From Mantamonas sphyraenae STR306 (lineage: Eukaryota; Protista; CRuMs), in NCBI GenBank assembly GCA_026936335.1, contig JAPMXV010000073.1:124001-188000 (forward strand): a stretch of 64,000 bases of DNA, read 5' to 3'. A program made the translations under genes and the position numbers. How positions within the stretch are numbered: the first letter of the stretch is position 1; every line of letters begins with the position of its first letter. Under the pieces are notes generated by a model. It was given only the letters and a program-made list of their open reading frames with translations. It ran no database searches and was not told the DNA's origin. Below, one piece after another: positions 10,434 through 22,536 of this stretch.

Positions 10434-12921
10434 ATGAGTAGAGAACTGAGCCAACAGGAATGGAAAGAGTTGCTACAGGCCGGCGATGAGCAAGCGATCA
10501 GTCAAGCCTTGGCAGGCGCGGGCAAGGTGAGTGTTGTTGTGGAGCGCAGTGGACCACAAGTGATGTGGTCATGAATAGCAGTAGAATTGGACTAACAGCA
10601 CATTGCAGGTGCTAGACCTCATGGACAACCAGATTGGTGCCGAAGGGGCAGCTGCGTTGGGAACGGGACTGGCGCAGAACAGCACATTGCAGCAGCTGTA
10701 CCTCACTAGCAACCAGATTGGTGACGAAGGGGCATCAGCGTTGGGCACGGGACTGGCACAGAACAGCACATTGCAGTGGCTGTACCTCAGTGACAACCAG
10801 ATTGGTGCCGAGGGGGCAGCAGCGTTGGGTACGTTACTGGCACAGAACAGCACATTGCAGTGGCTGGACCTCAGAAGCAACCAGATTGGTGCCGAAGGGG
10901 CAGCAGCGTTGGGTACGTTACTGGCACAGAACAGCACATTGCAGTGGCTGGACCTCAGAAGCAACCAGATTGGTGCCGAAGGGGCAGCAGCGTTGGGTAC
11001 GTTACTGGCACAGAACTGCACATTGCAGCAGCTGGTCCTCAGTAGCAACAAGATTGGTGACGAAGGGGCAGCAGCGTTGGGCACGGGACTGGCACAGAAC
11101 AGCACATTGCAGTGGCTGGACCTCAGAAGCAACCAGATTGGTGCCGAAGGGGCAGCAGCGTTGGGTACGTTACTGGCACAGAACTGCACATTGCAGCAGC
11201 TGGTCCTCAGTAGCAACAAGATTGGTGACGAAGGGGCAGCAGCGTTGGGCACGGGACTGGCACAGAACAGCACATTGCAGCAGCTGTACCTCAGTAGCAA
11301 CCAGATTGGTGCCGAAGGGGCAGCTGCGTTGGGCATGGGACTGGCACAGAACAGCAGCTGCTGGTGTCTCTCTGGTGTTGACCATCCTGATCTGCAGGCC
11401 AAGATCGAACAAAACAAAGCACAGGCTGAGTCCTTCCTGTCCACTGCCCGTGACGGCGACACAAATACCATGGCGAAGTTGCTGGCATGGGGAGTGCCTG
11501 TGAACACTTGGGCGGACCGGAAGAACACTGCCCTTGGCATTGCTGTAGAGAAGGGTGACATCGACCTGTGCGCATGGCTGCTTGAGCGTGGTGCAAATCC
11601 CTACCTTCGACCTGATGACTCCAAACCCAACGCCCTTGATCTCGCCCATCGCAAGGGAAACACTGCCATCATTGATCTACTGGTGTCGCAGATGAGCTTG
11701 TCACACCCGCCTAGATCGCCTTCGCCACCGGTGATTGACGTTGAGTCGCATCTGGAGATTGCATGGTCAGACTTGCGACAGGGCGAGCTGATAGGAGAGG
11801 GTGGGTTTGCGTTTGTGTACAAAGGAATGCTGCGTGGAAGCACACCGGTGGCAATCAAGATGATGAAGGTGCAGGTGATGGATGAGGCACACACAGCCGC
11901 ATTCCACCACGAGGTGTCGGCGATGAAGCATCTGCGGCATCGCAATGTGTTGATGCTGCATGGGGTGTGCATGGAACAGCAGCAGGTGTGCATGGTGACG
12001 GAACTGTGTGAAATGGGGTCGCTGAACGCGCTGTTGCACGCCGAGGTGCGAGAGGAGCCACTGTCTGAGGCGATGAAGCTGCAGATTGCACTGGATGTGG
12101 CACAGGGGATGGCGTACCTGCATGGGTACCATCAGCCGATCATGCATCGGGATCTGAAACCGGAGAATGTGCTGCTGGATGAGCGGGGCGTGGCGAAAGT
12201 GAGCGACTTTGGCCTGAGCAGGAGCAAGGAGCACACAAAGACAAAGACCAAGGCAGGAGTGGGCACATGGCAGTACAGCGCACCCGAGGTGCTGTTTCAG
12301 GACGACAGTGGTGGTGGAGGCAACCAAGGCAAGAAGAAGAAGAAGAAGAAGAAGCGTGGACTCAAGAATGATTCGTCATCGTCATCGTCGTCGTCATTGG
12401 AGTCGACATCATCGGGATCAGGGCCCTCGCATGGGTCACGGGGCAGTGAAGACGCGGGGGCACAGGCGTCGATTGACGAAAAGGTGGATGTGTACTCATT
12501 TGCGATGCTGTTGTGGGAGCTGGTGCATGAAGAGCGTCCATACGAGTACGAGGAAACGTACAGCCTGGAGAACCACGTGGTGGAGTGGGTCAAAGACAGG
12601 GACGTGCGAGAGGAAATCGACGAGGATGTTTGTCCGTCGTGGGCGGCGGCGCTGATCCAGCGGTGTTGGCAGACTGACCCTGCGGGACGACCGACGTTTG
12701 AGGAGATTGTGGAGGAGCTGAGGAAGGCAAAGGTGGAGGAGAAAGGGCAAGGGGGTGGAGAACGTGTGCACAGTGAGCTGGTGGAGCTGGTGCACGGGAT
12801 TCATGCATTGCTGGTGGCGCAGGGAAAGGATGGGATGCTGCTGCAGGTGTCACTGGACGAGTTTCGACAGGAGTTTCGTCATTCGCAGGGCGAGGTGGAG
12901 GATGAGGAGGATGGTGTGTGA
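10434..12921 (+). CDS. LRR(9)-ankyrin-TKL-type protein kinase, copy 1 (exons 10434-10526, 10609-12921)
   Basis: 31-codon first exon, gtgagt donor, ACTAAC...ttgcag acceptor. 9 x 28-aa RI-like LRRs, ankyrin (NTALGIAVEKGDIDLCAWLLERGANP), kinase motifs GEGGFAFV, VAIK, HRDLKPEN, DFG, GTWQYSAPE, DVYSFA. Confidence 0.9.
10603..11358 (+). repeat. 9 x 84-bp coding LRR tandem repeat
   Basis: Unit ttgcagNNgctgNNcctcNNNNNNaaccagattggtgmcgaaggggcagcwgcgttgggcacgggactggcacagaacagcaca; 756 bp = 9 x 84. Confidence 0.95.
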
Positions 12922-13552
12922 CAAGACAAAGGAGATGGGCATGGTGGATGACCCAGGGCTGTGTGGCAAGGAATGGATTGTCAACGCCAGTCCGTGTTTC
13001 TCAGATACGCAAGCGCCTCCTGAATGACCATGCACAGAGGCCACAAGAGACAACAACGCACCACTGAACAGCAAATGGAATGCGTGCATGGCCATGCAAG
13101 CTTGTTGGCCGATGATCATCACCACGATCAAGTCTTCCAAGTCGGCGTTGTGTGTGTGATCCTACAATATACATTCTGCTTCGTTGCTGTCGCTGCTATG
13201 ATTCTGCCATGTGCGCCTGATGCAACAATGCCCACACTCCGGCAATTCGGCACCATGGAAGCTACTCCGAGACATTGCTGTCGAGCTTTGCGGCCAGCAT
13301 GGTCTCAAACTCGTCAGCCACGACCCCATTGAAGGATGATGTCCATGCCTTTTCAGGGTTCTTGTATGTGGTGGGTCGTTCTGGAGTGAGGTGGAAGGCG
13401 GGGACGCGGGGCAGGGTGGTGATGAAGGTGTGTCAGGGGTTTGGGTGCTGTGAGAGGACACCAGGGGATCACCAAGGGGGGAACACATGTCCTATCGATC
13501 TCATGTATGCGTGTGCATGGTATGATGCACTGTGCATCACAGTGCAATTTTC

Positions 13553-14299
13553 ATGGACGTGTGTGTGGGCAGCGTCAGCTACATTCGACTGTACGACCTG
13601 GACACGGAGGAACTGTTTGCACAGGCGGTGATGGATGGCCTGAGCAGTGAGTGTTTGGAACGGACGGCGGACAGCAGCCGGTACTTTGTGTGCCAGGTGC
13701 GAAGTGACGACGGCAAGAAAGCCTTTCTGGGCTTCGGGTTCAGGGACAGGGACAGTAGCGACGCCTTTCTCACCTCCATGGACTTTCATGATCGACATAT
13801 TAACCTGGAGCGCAGGCGCAAGGAGGAGGCGGACGAGGACAAGGCGCTGGAGGCCCAGGAAGCGAAAGAGGAAGGGAATGAGCAGCAGCAGCAGCAGCAG
13901 CAGCAGGAAGGCAGGAAGCCACGCAAGAAAAAGCACGATTTCTCACTCGGGGCTGGGACAATCACCCTGTCTGTGGCAGGGAACAAGGGTCATGAGCCAA
14001 AGAAGAGTCCAAGGGGTGGGAAGAGTGGTGGTGGTGGTGGTGGAGGACTGGGCCTTGCGCCTCCGCCGGAAGAAGGCAGCCCGTTGCACACACGCAAGCA
14101 GGTCAAGACGACACAAGAGACAAGTGAGACACAGGGGAAGGAGACAGGGGCACAGGAGGAGGAGAGGGGACAGAGTAGCAGCACGGGCCAGCAGAAGGCA
14201 GGGAAGAAGGAGGAAGAGGAGGAGGTGGAGTGGGGGGAATTCGCAGAGGGGACCAGTGTCGATGTGGAAGAGGGTGATGATGAATGGGCGGCTTTTTGA
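13553..14299 (+). pseudogene. 5'-truncated NECAP duplicate (open frame retained; junction supplies an ATG at 13553)
   Basis: Near-identical to NECAP from GSV(G/S)YIRL onward; lacks roughly the first 60 codons. Confidence 0.8.
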
Positions 14300-14905
14300 T
14301 GCAGCCATCACACACGTGGGCATGGAGTCATCCATCATGTAATGATTGGTGGTCAAATACAGGCTGTGGTGCATCGACCAGTTGACAAGGATGATCCACA
14401 ACGATGATTCTGCACAAACTGAATCTCATCAGAGGGAACGTGGGAACACACACAGGCACAGTCCATGGCAGGTCATTTGTGTGGCCACTTGGACATGGCA
14501 CAGAGGATGGTGGGTGGGAAGGTAGAAGTGGATGAATGTAGGGCTGTTGGGGATGGTGATGGGGGTTGATGAATGACAGAGTTGGATGCGTGATTGAGTC
14601 ACACATGAGCAGGGAACAACAATGGTTTTCCGTTGCGGATGACCATGGATGAGGGAGTGCTGCGCATGGGTGACCACACTTTTCCTTCACAAGCAACGGT
14701 GGGTTGGAATGGCCATGGAGGGTTGGAAAGGGAGAGAGGGGTTGTATGTGTGTGTATGTGTGTGTGTGATTGTGTGTGTGTGATTGTGTGTGTGTGTGTG
14801 CGTGTGGTGGGGGAAGGGTCTTTGGGTTTTGGGAGGAAAACCCTCTCGCACAGCTCCGAGTCTTTGGCTGCTTGCTCACGCGGTGGGCGCACAGACACGG
14901 TTGCG

Positions 14906-17159
14906 ATGAGTAGAGCACTGAGCAAACAGGAATGGAAAGGGTTGCTACAGGCCGGCGATGAGCAAGCGATCAGTCAAGCCTTGGCAGGCGCGGGCACGGT
15001 GAGTGTTGTTGTGGAGCGCAGAACTCGTTGCCACTTGGACCACAAGTGATGAGGTCATGTCATGAATAGCAGTGGAATTGGAAACTAACAGCACGTTGCA
15101 GAAGCTGTACCTCATGAACAACCAGATTGGTGACGAAGGGGCAGCTGCGTTGTGCACGGGACTGGCACAGAACAGCACATTGCAGCTGCTGTACCTCATG
15201 AACAACCAGATTGGTGCCGAAGGGGCAGCTGCGTTGGGCACGGGACTGGCACAGAACAGCACATCGCAGCTGCTGTACCTCATGAACAACCAGATTGGGG
15301 ATGAAGGGGCAGCTGCGTTGGGCACGGGACTGGCACAGAACAGCACATTGCAGCAGCTGGACCTCGAAAACAACCAGATTGGTGACGAAGGCGCAGCTGC
15401 GTTGGGCACGGGACTGGCACAGAACAGCACATTGCAGCAACTGGACCTCAGTCGCAACCAGATTGGTGACGAAGGGGCAGCAGCGTTGGGCACGGGACTG
15501 GCACAGAACAGCGCATTGCAGAAGCTGGAGCTCAATGGCAATCAGATCGGCGCCGAAGGGGCAGCTGCGTTGGGCACGGGACTGGCACAGAACAGCAGCT
15601 GCTGGTGTCTCTCTGGTGTTGACCATCCTGATCTGCAGGCCAAGATCGAACAAAACAAAGCACAGGCTGAGTCCTTCTTGTCCGCTGCCCGTGACGGCGA
15701 CACAGAAACCATGGCCGAGTTGCTGGCATGGGGAGTGCCTGTGAACACTTGGGCGGACCGGAAGAACACTGCCCTTGGCATTGCTGTCGAGAAGGGTGAC
15801 ATCGACCTGTGCGCATGGCTGCTTGAGCGTGGGGCAAATCCCTACCTTCGAACTAATGGCTCCAAACCCAACGCCCTTGATATCGCCCATCGCAAGGGGA
15901 ACACTGCCATCATTGATCTACTGATGACGCAGATGTTGTCACACCCGCCTAGATCGCCATCACCACCGGTGATTGACGTGGAGTCGCATCTGGAGATTGC
16001 ATGGTCAGACTTGCGACAGGGCGAGCTGATAGGAGAGGGTGGGTTTGCGTTTGTGTACAAAGGAATGCTGCGTGGAAGCACACCGGTGGCAATCAAGATG
16101 ATGAAGGTGCAGGTGATGGATGAGGCACACACAGCCGCATTCCACCACGAGGTGTCGGCGATGAAGCATCTGCGGCATCGCAATGTGTTGATGCTGCATG
16201 GGGTGTGCATGGAACAGCAGCAGGTGTGCATGGTGACGGAACTGTGTGAAATGGGGTCGCTGAACGCGCTGTTGCACGCCGAGGTGCGAGAGGAGCCACT
16301 GTCTGAGGCGATGAAGCTGCAGATTGCACTGGATGTGGCACAGGGGATGGCGTACCTGCATGGGTACCATCAGCCGATCATGCATCGGGATCTGAAACCG
16401 GAGAATGTGCTGCTGGATGAGCGGGGCGTGGCGAAAGTGAGCGACTTTGGCCTGAGCAGGAGCAAGGAGCACACAAAGACAAAGACCAAGGCAGGAGTGG
16501 GCACATGGCAGTACAGCGCACCCGAGGTGCTGTTTCAGGACGACAGTGGTGGTGGAGGCAACCAAGGCAAGAAGAAGAAGAAGAAGAAGAAGCGTGGACT
16601 CAATGATTCGTCATCGTCGTCATCGTCGTCGTCATTGGAGTCGACATCATCGGGATCAGGGCCCTCGCATGGGTCACGGGGCAGTGAAGACGCGGGGGCA
16701 CAGGCGTCGATTGACGAAAAGGTGGATGTGTACTCATTTGCGATGCTGTTGTGGGAGCTGGTGCATGAAGAGCGACCATACGAGTACGAGGAAACGTACA
16801 GCCTGGAGAACCACGTGGTGGAGTGGGTCAAAGACAGGGACGTGCGAGAGGAAATCGACGAGGATGTTTGTCCGTCGTGGGCGGCGGCGCTGATCCAGCG
16901 GTGTTGGCAGACTGACCCTGCGGGACGACCGACGTTTGAGGAGATTGTGGAGGAGCTGAGGAAGGCAAAGGTGGAGGAGAAAGGGCAAGGGGGTGGAGAA
17001 CGTGTGCACAATGAGCTGGTGGAGCTTGTGCACGGGATGCATGCATTGCTGGTGGCGCAGGGAAAGGATGGGATGCTGCTGCAGGTGTCACTGGACGAGT
17101 TTCGACAGGAGTTTCGTCATTCGCAGGGCGAGGTGGAGGATGAGGAGGATGGTGTGTGA
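14906..17159 (+). CDS. LRR(6)-ankyrin-TKL kinase, copy 2 (exons 14906-14998, 15102-17159)
   Basis: Same architecture as copy 1; 6 LRRs at 15096-15599; kinase nearly identical. Confidence 0.9.
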
Positions 17160-17861
17160 CAAGACAATGCAGAATGCGTTGCAATTCTGCCGCAGTGGTA
17201 TAAAATGAGCCAGGAGTTAACAGTCTATTTCACCATGACATAGGAGATGGGCATGGTGGATGACCCTGGACCGTGTGGCAAGGAATGGATTGTCAACGCC
17301 AGTCCATGTTTCTCAGATACGCAAGCGCCTCCTGAATGACCATGCACAGAGGCCACAAGAGACAACAACGCACCACTGAACAGCAAATAGAGTTCGTGCA
17401 TGGCCATGCGTGCTTGTTGGCGGACGATCACCACGATCAAGTCTTCCAAGTCGACTTTGTGTGTGTGATCCTTCAATGTACATTCTGCTTCGTTGCTGTC
17501 GCTGCTATGATTCTGCCATGTGCGCCTGATGCAACAATGCCCACACTCCGGCATTCGGCGTCATGAAAGCTACTCCGAGACATTGCTGTCGAGCTTTGCG
17601 GCCAGCATGGTCTCAAACTCGTCAGCCACGACCCCATTGAAGGATGATGTCCATGCCTTTTCAGGGTTCTTGTATGTGGTGGGTCGTTCTGGAGTGAGGT
17701 GGAAGGCGGGGACGCGGGGCGGGGTGGTGATGAAGGTGTGTCAGGGGTTTGGGTGCTGTGAGAGGACACCAGGGGATCACCAAGGGGGAATACACATGTC
17801 CTATCGATCTCATGTATGCGTGTGCATGGTATGATGCACTGTGCATCACAGTGCAATTTTC

Positions 17862-18608
17862 ATGGACGTGTGTGTGGGCAGCGTCAGCTACATTCGACTG
17901 TACGACCTGGACACGGAGGAACTGTTTGCACAGGCGGTGATGGATGGCCTGAGCAGTGAGTGTTTGGAACGGACGGCGGACAGCAGCCGGTACTTTGTGT
18001 GCCAGGTGCGAAGTGACGACGGCAAGAAAGCCTTTCTGGGCTTCGGGTTCAGGGACAGGGACAGTAGCGACGCCTTTCTCACCTCCATGGACTTTCATGA
18101 TCGACATATTAACCTGGAGCGCAGGCGTAAGGAGGAGGCGGACGAGGACAAGGCGCTGGAGGCCCAGGAAGCGAAAGAGGAAGGGAATGAGCAGCAGCAG
18201 CAGCAGGAGAAGGAGGGCAGGAAGCCACGCAAGAAAAAGCACGATTTCTCACTCGGGGCTGGGACAATCACCCTTTCTGTGGCAGGGAACAAGGGTCATG
18301 AGCCAAAGAAGAGTCCAAGGGGTGGGAAGAGTGGTGGTGGTGGTGGTGGTGGTGGACTGGGCCTTGCGCCTCCGCCGGAAGAAGGCAGCCCGTTGCACAC
18401 ACGCAAGCAGGTCAAGACGACACAAGAGACAAGTGAGACACAGGGGAAGGATACAGGGGCACAGGAGGAGGAGAGGGGACAGAGTAGCAGCACGGGCCAG
18501 CAGAAGGCAGGGAAGAAGGAGGAAGAGGAGGAGGTGGAGTGGGGGGAATTCGCAGAGGGGACCAGTGTCGATGTGGAAGAGGGTGATGATGAATGGGCGG
18601 CTTTTTGA
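17862..18608 (+). pseudogene. 5'-truncated NECAP duplicate, second
   Basis: As 13553-14299; both truncated copies carry the same substitutions relative to the intact gene (GSVSY, RKQVK, EEEEVEW). Confidence 0.8.
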
Positions 18609-19203
18609 TGCAGCCATCACACACGGTGGCATGGAGTCATCCGGAATGATTTATGGTCAAATACAGGGCAGGGCATGTGGTGCATCGACCAGTTGACAAG
18701 GATGATCCACAACGATGATTCTGCACAAACTGAATCTCATGAGAGGGAACGTGGGAACACACACAGGCACAGTCCATGGCAGGTCATTTGTGTGGCCACT
18801 TGGACATGGCACAGAGGATGGTGGGTGGGAAGGACGAAGTGGATGAATGTAGGGCTGTTGGGGATGGTGATGGGGGTTGATGAATGGCAGAGTTGGATGC
18901 GTGATTGAGTCACACATGAGCAGGGAACAACAATGGTTTTCCGTTGCGGATGACCATGGATGAGGGAATGCTGCGCATGGGTGACCACACTTTACCTGTA
19001 CAAGTAACGGTAGGTGGGAATGGCCATGGAGGGTTGGAAAGGGAGAGAGGGGTTGTGTGTGTGTGTATGTGTGTGTGTGTGTGATTGTGTGTGTGTGTGC
19101 GTGTGGTGGGGGAAGGGTCTTTGGGTTTTGGGAGGAAACCCTCTCGCACAGCTCCGAGTCTTTGGCTGCTTGCTCACGCGGTGGGCGCACAGACACGAGT
19201 ACG

Positions 19204-22200
19204 ATGAGTAGAGAACTGCACGAACAGGAATGGAAAGAGTTGCTACAGGCCGGCGATGAGCAAGCGATCAGTCAAGCCTTGGCAAGCGCGGGCAAGGTGA
19301 GTGTTGTTGTGGAGCGCAGTGGACCACAAGTGATGTGGTCATGAATAGCAGTAGAATTGGAAACTAACAGCACATTGCAGGAGCTGGACCTCTGGAACAA
19401 CCAGATTGGGGACAAAGAGGCAGCAGCGTTGGGCACGGGACTGGCACAGAACAGCACATTGCAGCAGCTGTACCTCAGTGACAACCAGATTGGTGACGAA
19501 GGGGCAGCAGCGTTGGGCACGGGACTGGCACAGAACAGCACATTGCAGCAGCTGTACCTCATGAACAACCAGATTGGGGACAAAGAGGCAGCAGCGTTGG
19601 GCACGGGACTGGCACAGAACAGCACATTGCAGCAGCTGTACCTCAGTGACAACCAGATTGGTGACGAAGGGGCAGCTGCGTTGGGCACGGGACTGGCACA
19701 GAACAGCACATTGCAGCAGCTGTACCTCAATTCCAACCAGATTGGTGACGAAGGGACAGCAGCGTTGGGCACGGGACTGGGACAGAACAGCACATTGCAG
19801 AAGCTGTACCTCAATTACAACCAGATTGGTGACGAAGGGGCAGCTGCGTTGGGTACGGGACTGGGACAGAACAGCACATTGCAGAAGCTGTACCTCAATT
19901 ACAACCAGATTGGTGACGAAGGGGCAGCAGCGTTGGGCACGGGACTGGGACAGAACAGCACATTGCAGCAGCTGTACCTCAGTAACAACCAGATTGGTGC
20001 CGAAGGGGCAGCTGCGTTGGGCACGGGACTGGCACAGAACAGCACATTGCAGTGGCTGAACCTCAGTTACAACCAGATTGGTGCCGAAGGGGCAGCAGCG
20101 TTGGGCACGGGACTGGCACAGAACAGCACATTGCAGCAGCTGTACCTCAGTGACAACCAGATTGGTGACGAAGGGGCAGCTGCGTTGGGCACGGGACTGG
20201 CACAGAACAGCACATTGCAGCAGCTGTACCTCAATGGCAACCAGATTGGTTACGAAGGGGCAGCTGGGTTGGGCACGGGGCTGGCACAGAACAGCACATT
20301 GCAGCGGCTGGACCTCAATGGCAACCAGATTGGTGACGAAGGGGCAGCAGCGTTGGGTACGGGACTGGCACAGAACAGTACAATGCAGGTGCTGTTCCTG
20401 AGAAGAAACCAGATTGGTGACGAAGGGGCAGCAGCGTTGGGCACGGGACTGGCACAGAACAGCACATTGCAGAAGCTGGACCTCACTAGCAACCAGATTG
20501 GTGACGAAGGGGCAGCTGGGTTGGGCACGGGGCTGGCACAGAACAGCACATTGCAGCGGCTGGACCTCAATGGCAACCAGATTGGTGACGAAGGGGCAGC
20601 AGCGTTGTGCACGGGACTGGCACAGAACAGCACATTGCAGCAGCTGTACCTCCGTATCAACCAGATTGGTGACGAAGGGGCAGCAGCGTTGGGCACGGGA
20701 CTGGCACAGAACAGCACATTGCAGAAGCTGGACCTCACTAGCAACCAGATTGGTGACGAAGGGGCAGCTGGGTTGGGCACGGGGCTGGCACAGAACAGCA
20801 CATTGCAGCGGCTGGACCTCAATGGCAACCAGATTGGTGACGAAGGGGCAGCAGCGTTGGGCACGGGACTGGCACAGAACAGCACATTGCAGCAGCTGTA
20901 CCTCAATTCCAACCAGATTGGCGCCGAAGGGGCAGCAGCGTTGGGCACGGGACTGGCACAGAACAGCAGCTGCTGGTGTCTCTCTGGTGTTGACTATCCT
21001 GATCTGCAGGCTAAGATCGAACAAAACAAAGCACACGCTGAGTCCTTCTTGTCCGCTGCCCGTGACGGCGATACAGAATCCATGGCCGAGTTGCTGGCGT
21101 TGGGAGTGCCTGTGGACACTTGGCCGAACGGGGAGAACACTGCCCTTGGCATTGCTGTCGAGAAGGGTGACATCGACCTGTGCGCATGGCTGCTTGAGCG
21201 TGGGGCAAATCCCTACATTCGACCTGCAGGCTTCAATCCCAACGCCCTTGATCTCGCCCATCGCAAGGGGAATACTGCCATCATTGATCTACTGGAGTCG
21301 CAGATGAACTTGTCACACCCGCCTAGATCGCCATCGCCACCGGTGATTGACGTGGAGTCGCATCTGGAGATTGCATGGTCAGAGTTGCGACAGGGCGAGC
21401 TGATAGGAGAGGGTGGGTTTGCGTTTGTGTACAAAGGAATGCTGCGTGGAAGCACACCGGTGGCAATCAAGATGATGAAGGTGCAGGTGATGGATGAGGC
21501 ACACACGGCAGCATTCCACCACGAGGTGTCGGCGATGAAGCATCTGCGGCATCGTAATGTGTTGATGCTGCATGGGGTGTGCATGGAACAGCAGCAGGTG
21601 TGCATGGTGACGGAACTGTGTGAGATGGGGTCGCTGAACGCGCTGTTGCACGCCGAGGTGCGAGAGGAGCCACTGCCTGAGGCGATGAAGCTGCAGATTG
21701 CACTGGATGTGGCACAGGGGATGGCGTACCTGCATGGGTACCATCAGCCGATCATGCATCGGGATCTGAAACCGGAGAATGTGCTGCTGGATGAGCGGGG
21801 CGTGGCGAAAGTGAGCGACTTTGGACTGAGCAGGAGCAAGGAGCACACAAAGACAAAGACCAAGGCAGGAGTGGGCACATGGCAGTACAGCGCACCCGAG
21901 GTGCTGTTTCAGGACGACGGTGGTGGTGGAGGCAACCAAGGCAAGAAGAAGAAGAAGAAGAAGAAGCGTGGACTCAAGAATGATTCGTCATCGTCGTCAT
22001 CGTCGTCGTCATTGGAGTCGACATCATCGGGATCAGGGCCCTCGCATGGGTCACGGGGCAGTGAAGACGCGGGGGCACAGGCGTCGATTGACGAAAAGGT
22101 GGATGTTTACTCATTTGCGATGCTGCTGTGGGAGCTGGTGCATGAAGAGCGACCATACGAGTACGAGGAATCTTACAGCCTGGAGAACCATTTGGTGGAG

Positions 22201-22536
22201 TGGATCCAAGACAGGGACATGCGAGAGGAAATCGACGAGGATGTTTGTCCGTCGTGGGCGGCGGCGCTGATCCAGCGGTGTTGGCAGACTGACCCTGCGG
22301 GACGACCAACGTTTGAGGAGATTGTGGAGGAGCTGAGGAAGGTAAAGGTGGAGGAGAAAGGGCAAGGGGGTGGAGAGCGTGTGCACAGTGAGCTGGTGGA
22401 GCTGGTGCACGGGATTCATGCATTGCTGGTGGCGCAGGGAAAGGATGGGATGCTGCTGCAGGTGTCACTGGACGAGTTTCGACAGGAGTTTCGTCATTCG
22501 CAGGGCGAGGTGGAGGATGAGGAGGATGGTGTGTGA
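19204..22536 (+). CDS. LRR(19)-ankyrin-TKL kinase, copy 3 (exons 19204-19296, 19381-22536)
   Basis: 19 x 84 bp LRRs at 19375-20970. Ankyrin region diverged (VDTWPNGENTAL vs VNTWADRKNTAL); kinase nearly identical to copies 1 and 2. Confidence 0.9.
19375..20970 (+). repeat. 19 x 84-bp coding LRR tandem repeat
   Basis: 1596 bp = 19 x 84, counted from the translation. Confidence 0.95.

Noticed and set aside
19375-20970. Constant blocks alternating with short variable segments, superficially CRISPR-like
   Set aside because: The period is exactly 84 bp, in frame and encodes LRRs; variable parts are a few codons rather than unique spacers; eukaryotic context with no cas genes.
19339-21261. Long antisense and alternative-frame ORFs over the LRR arrays (e.g. 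640 aa minus strand; also 48027-49481, 50702-53380)
   Set aside because: Shadow frames of stop-poor repeated codons; they mirror the sense repeat and have no independent domain signal.
10434-22536. ROCO/LRRK assignment for the LRR-ankyrin kinases
   Set aside because: No Roc GTPase or COR domain between the repeats and the kinase.
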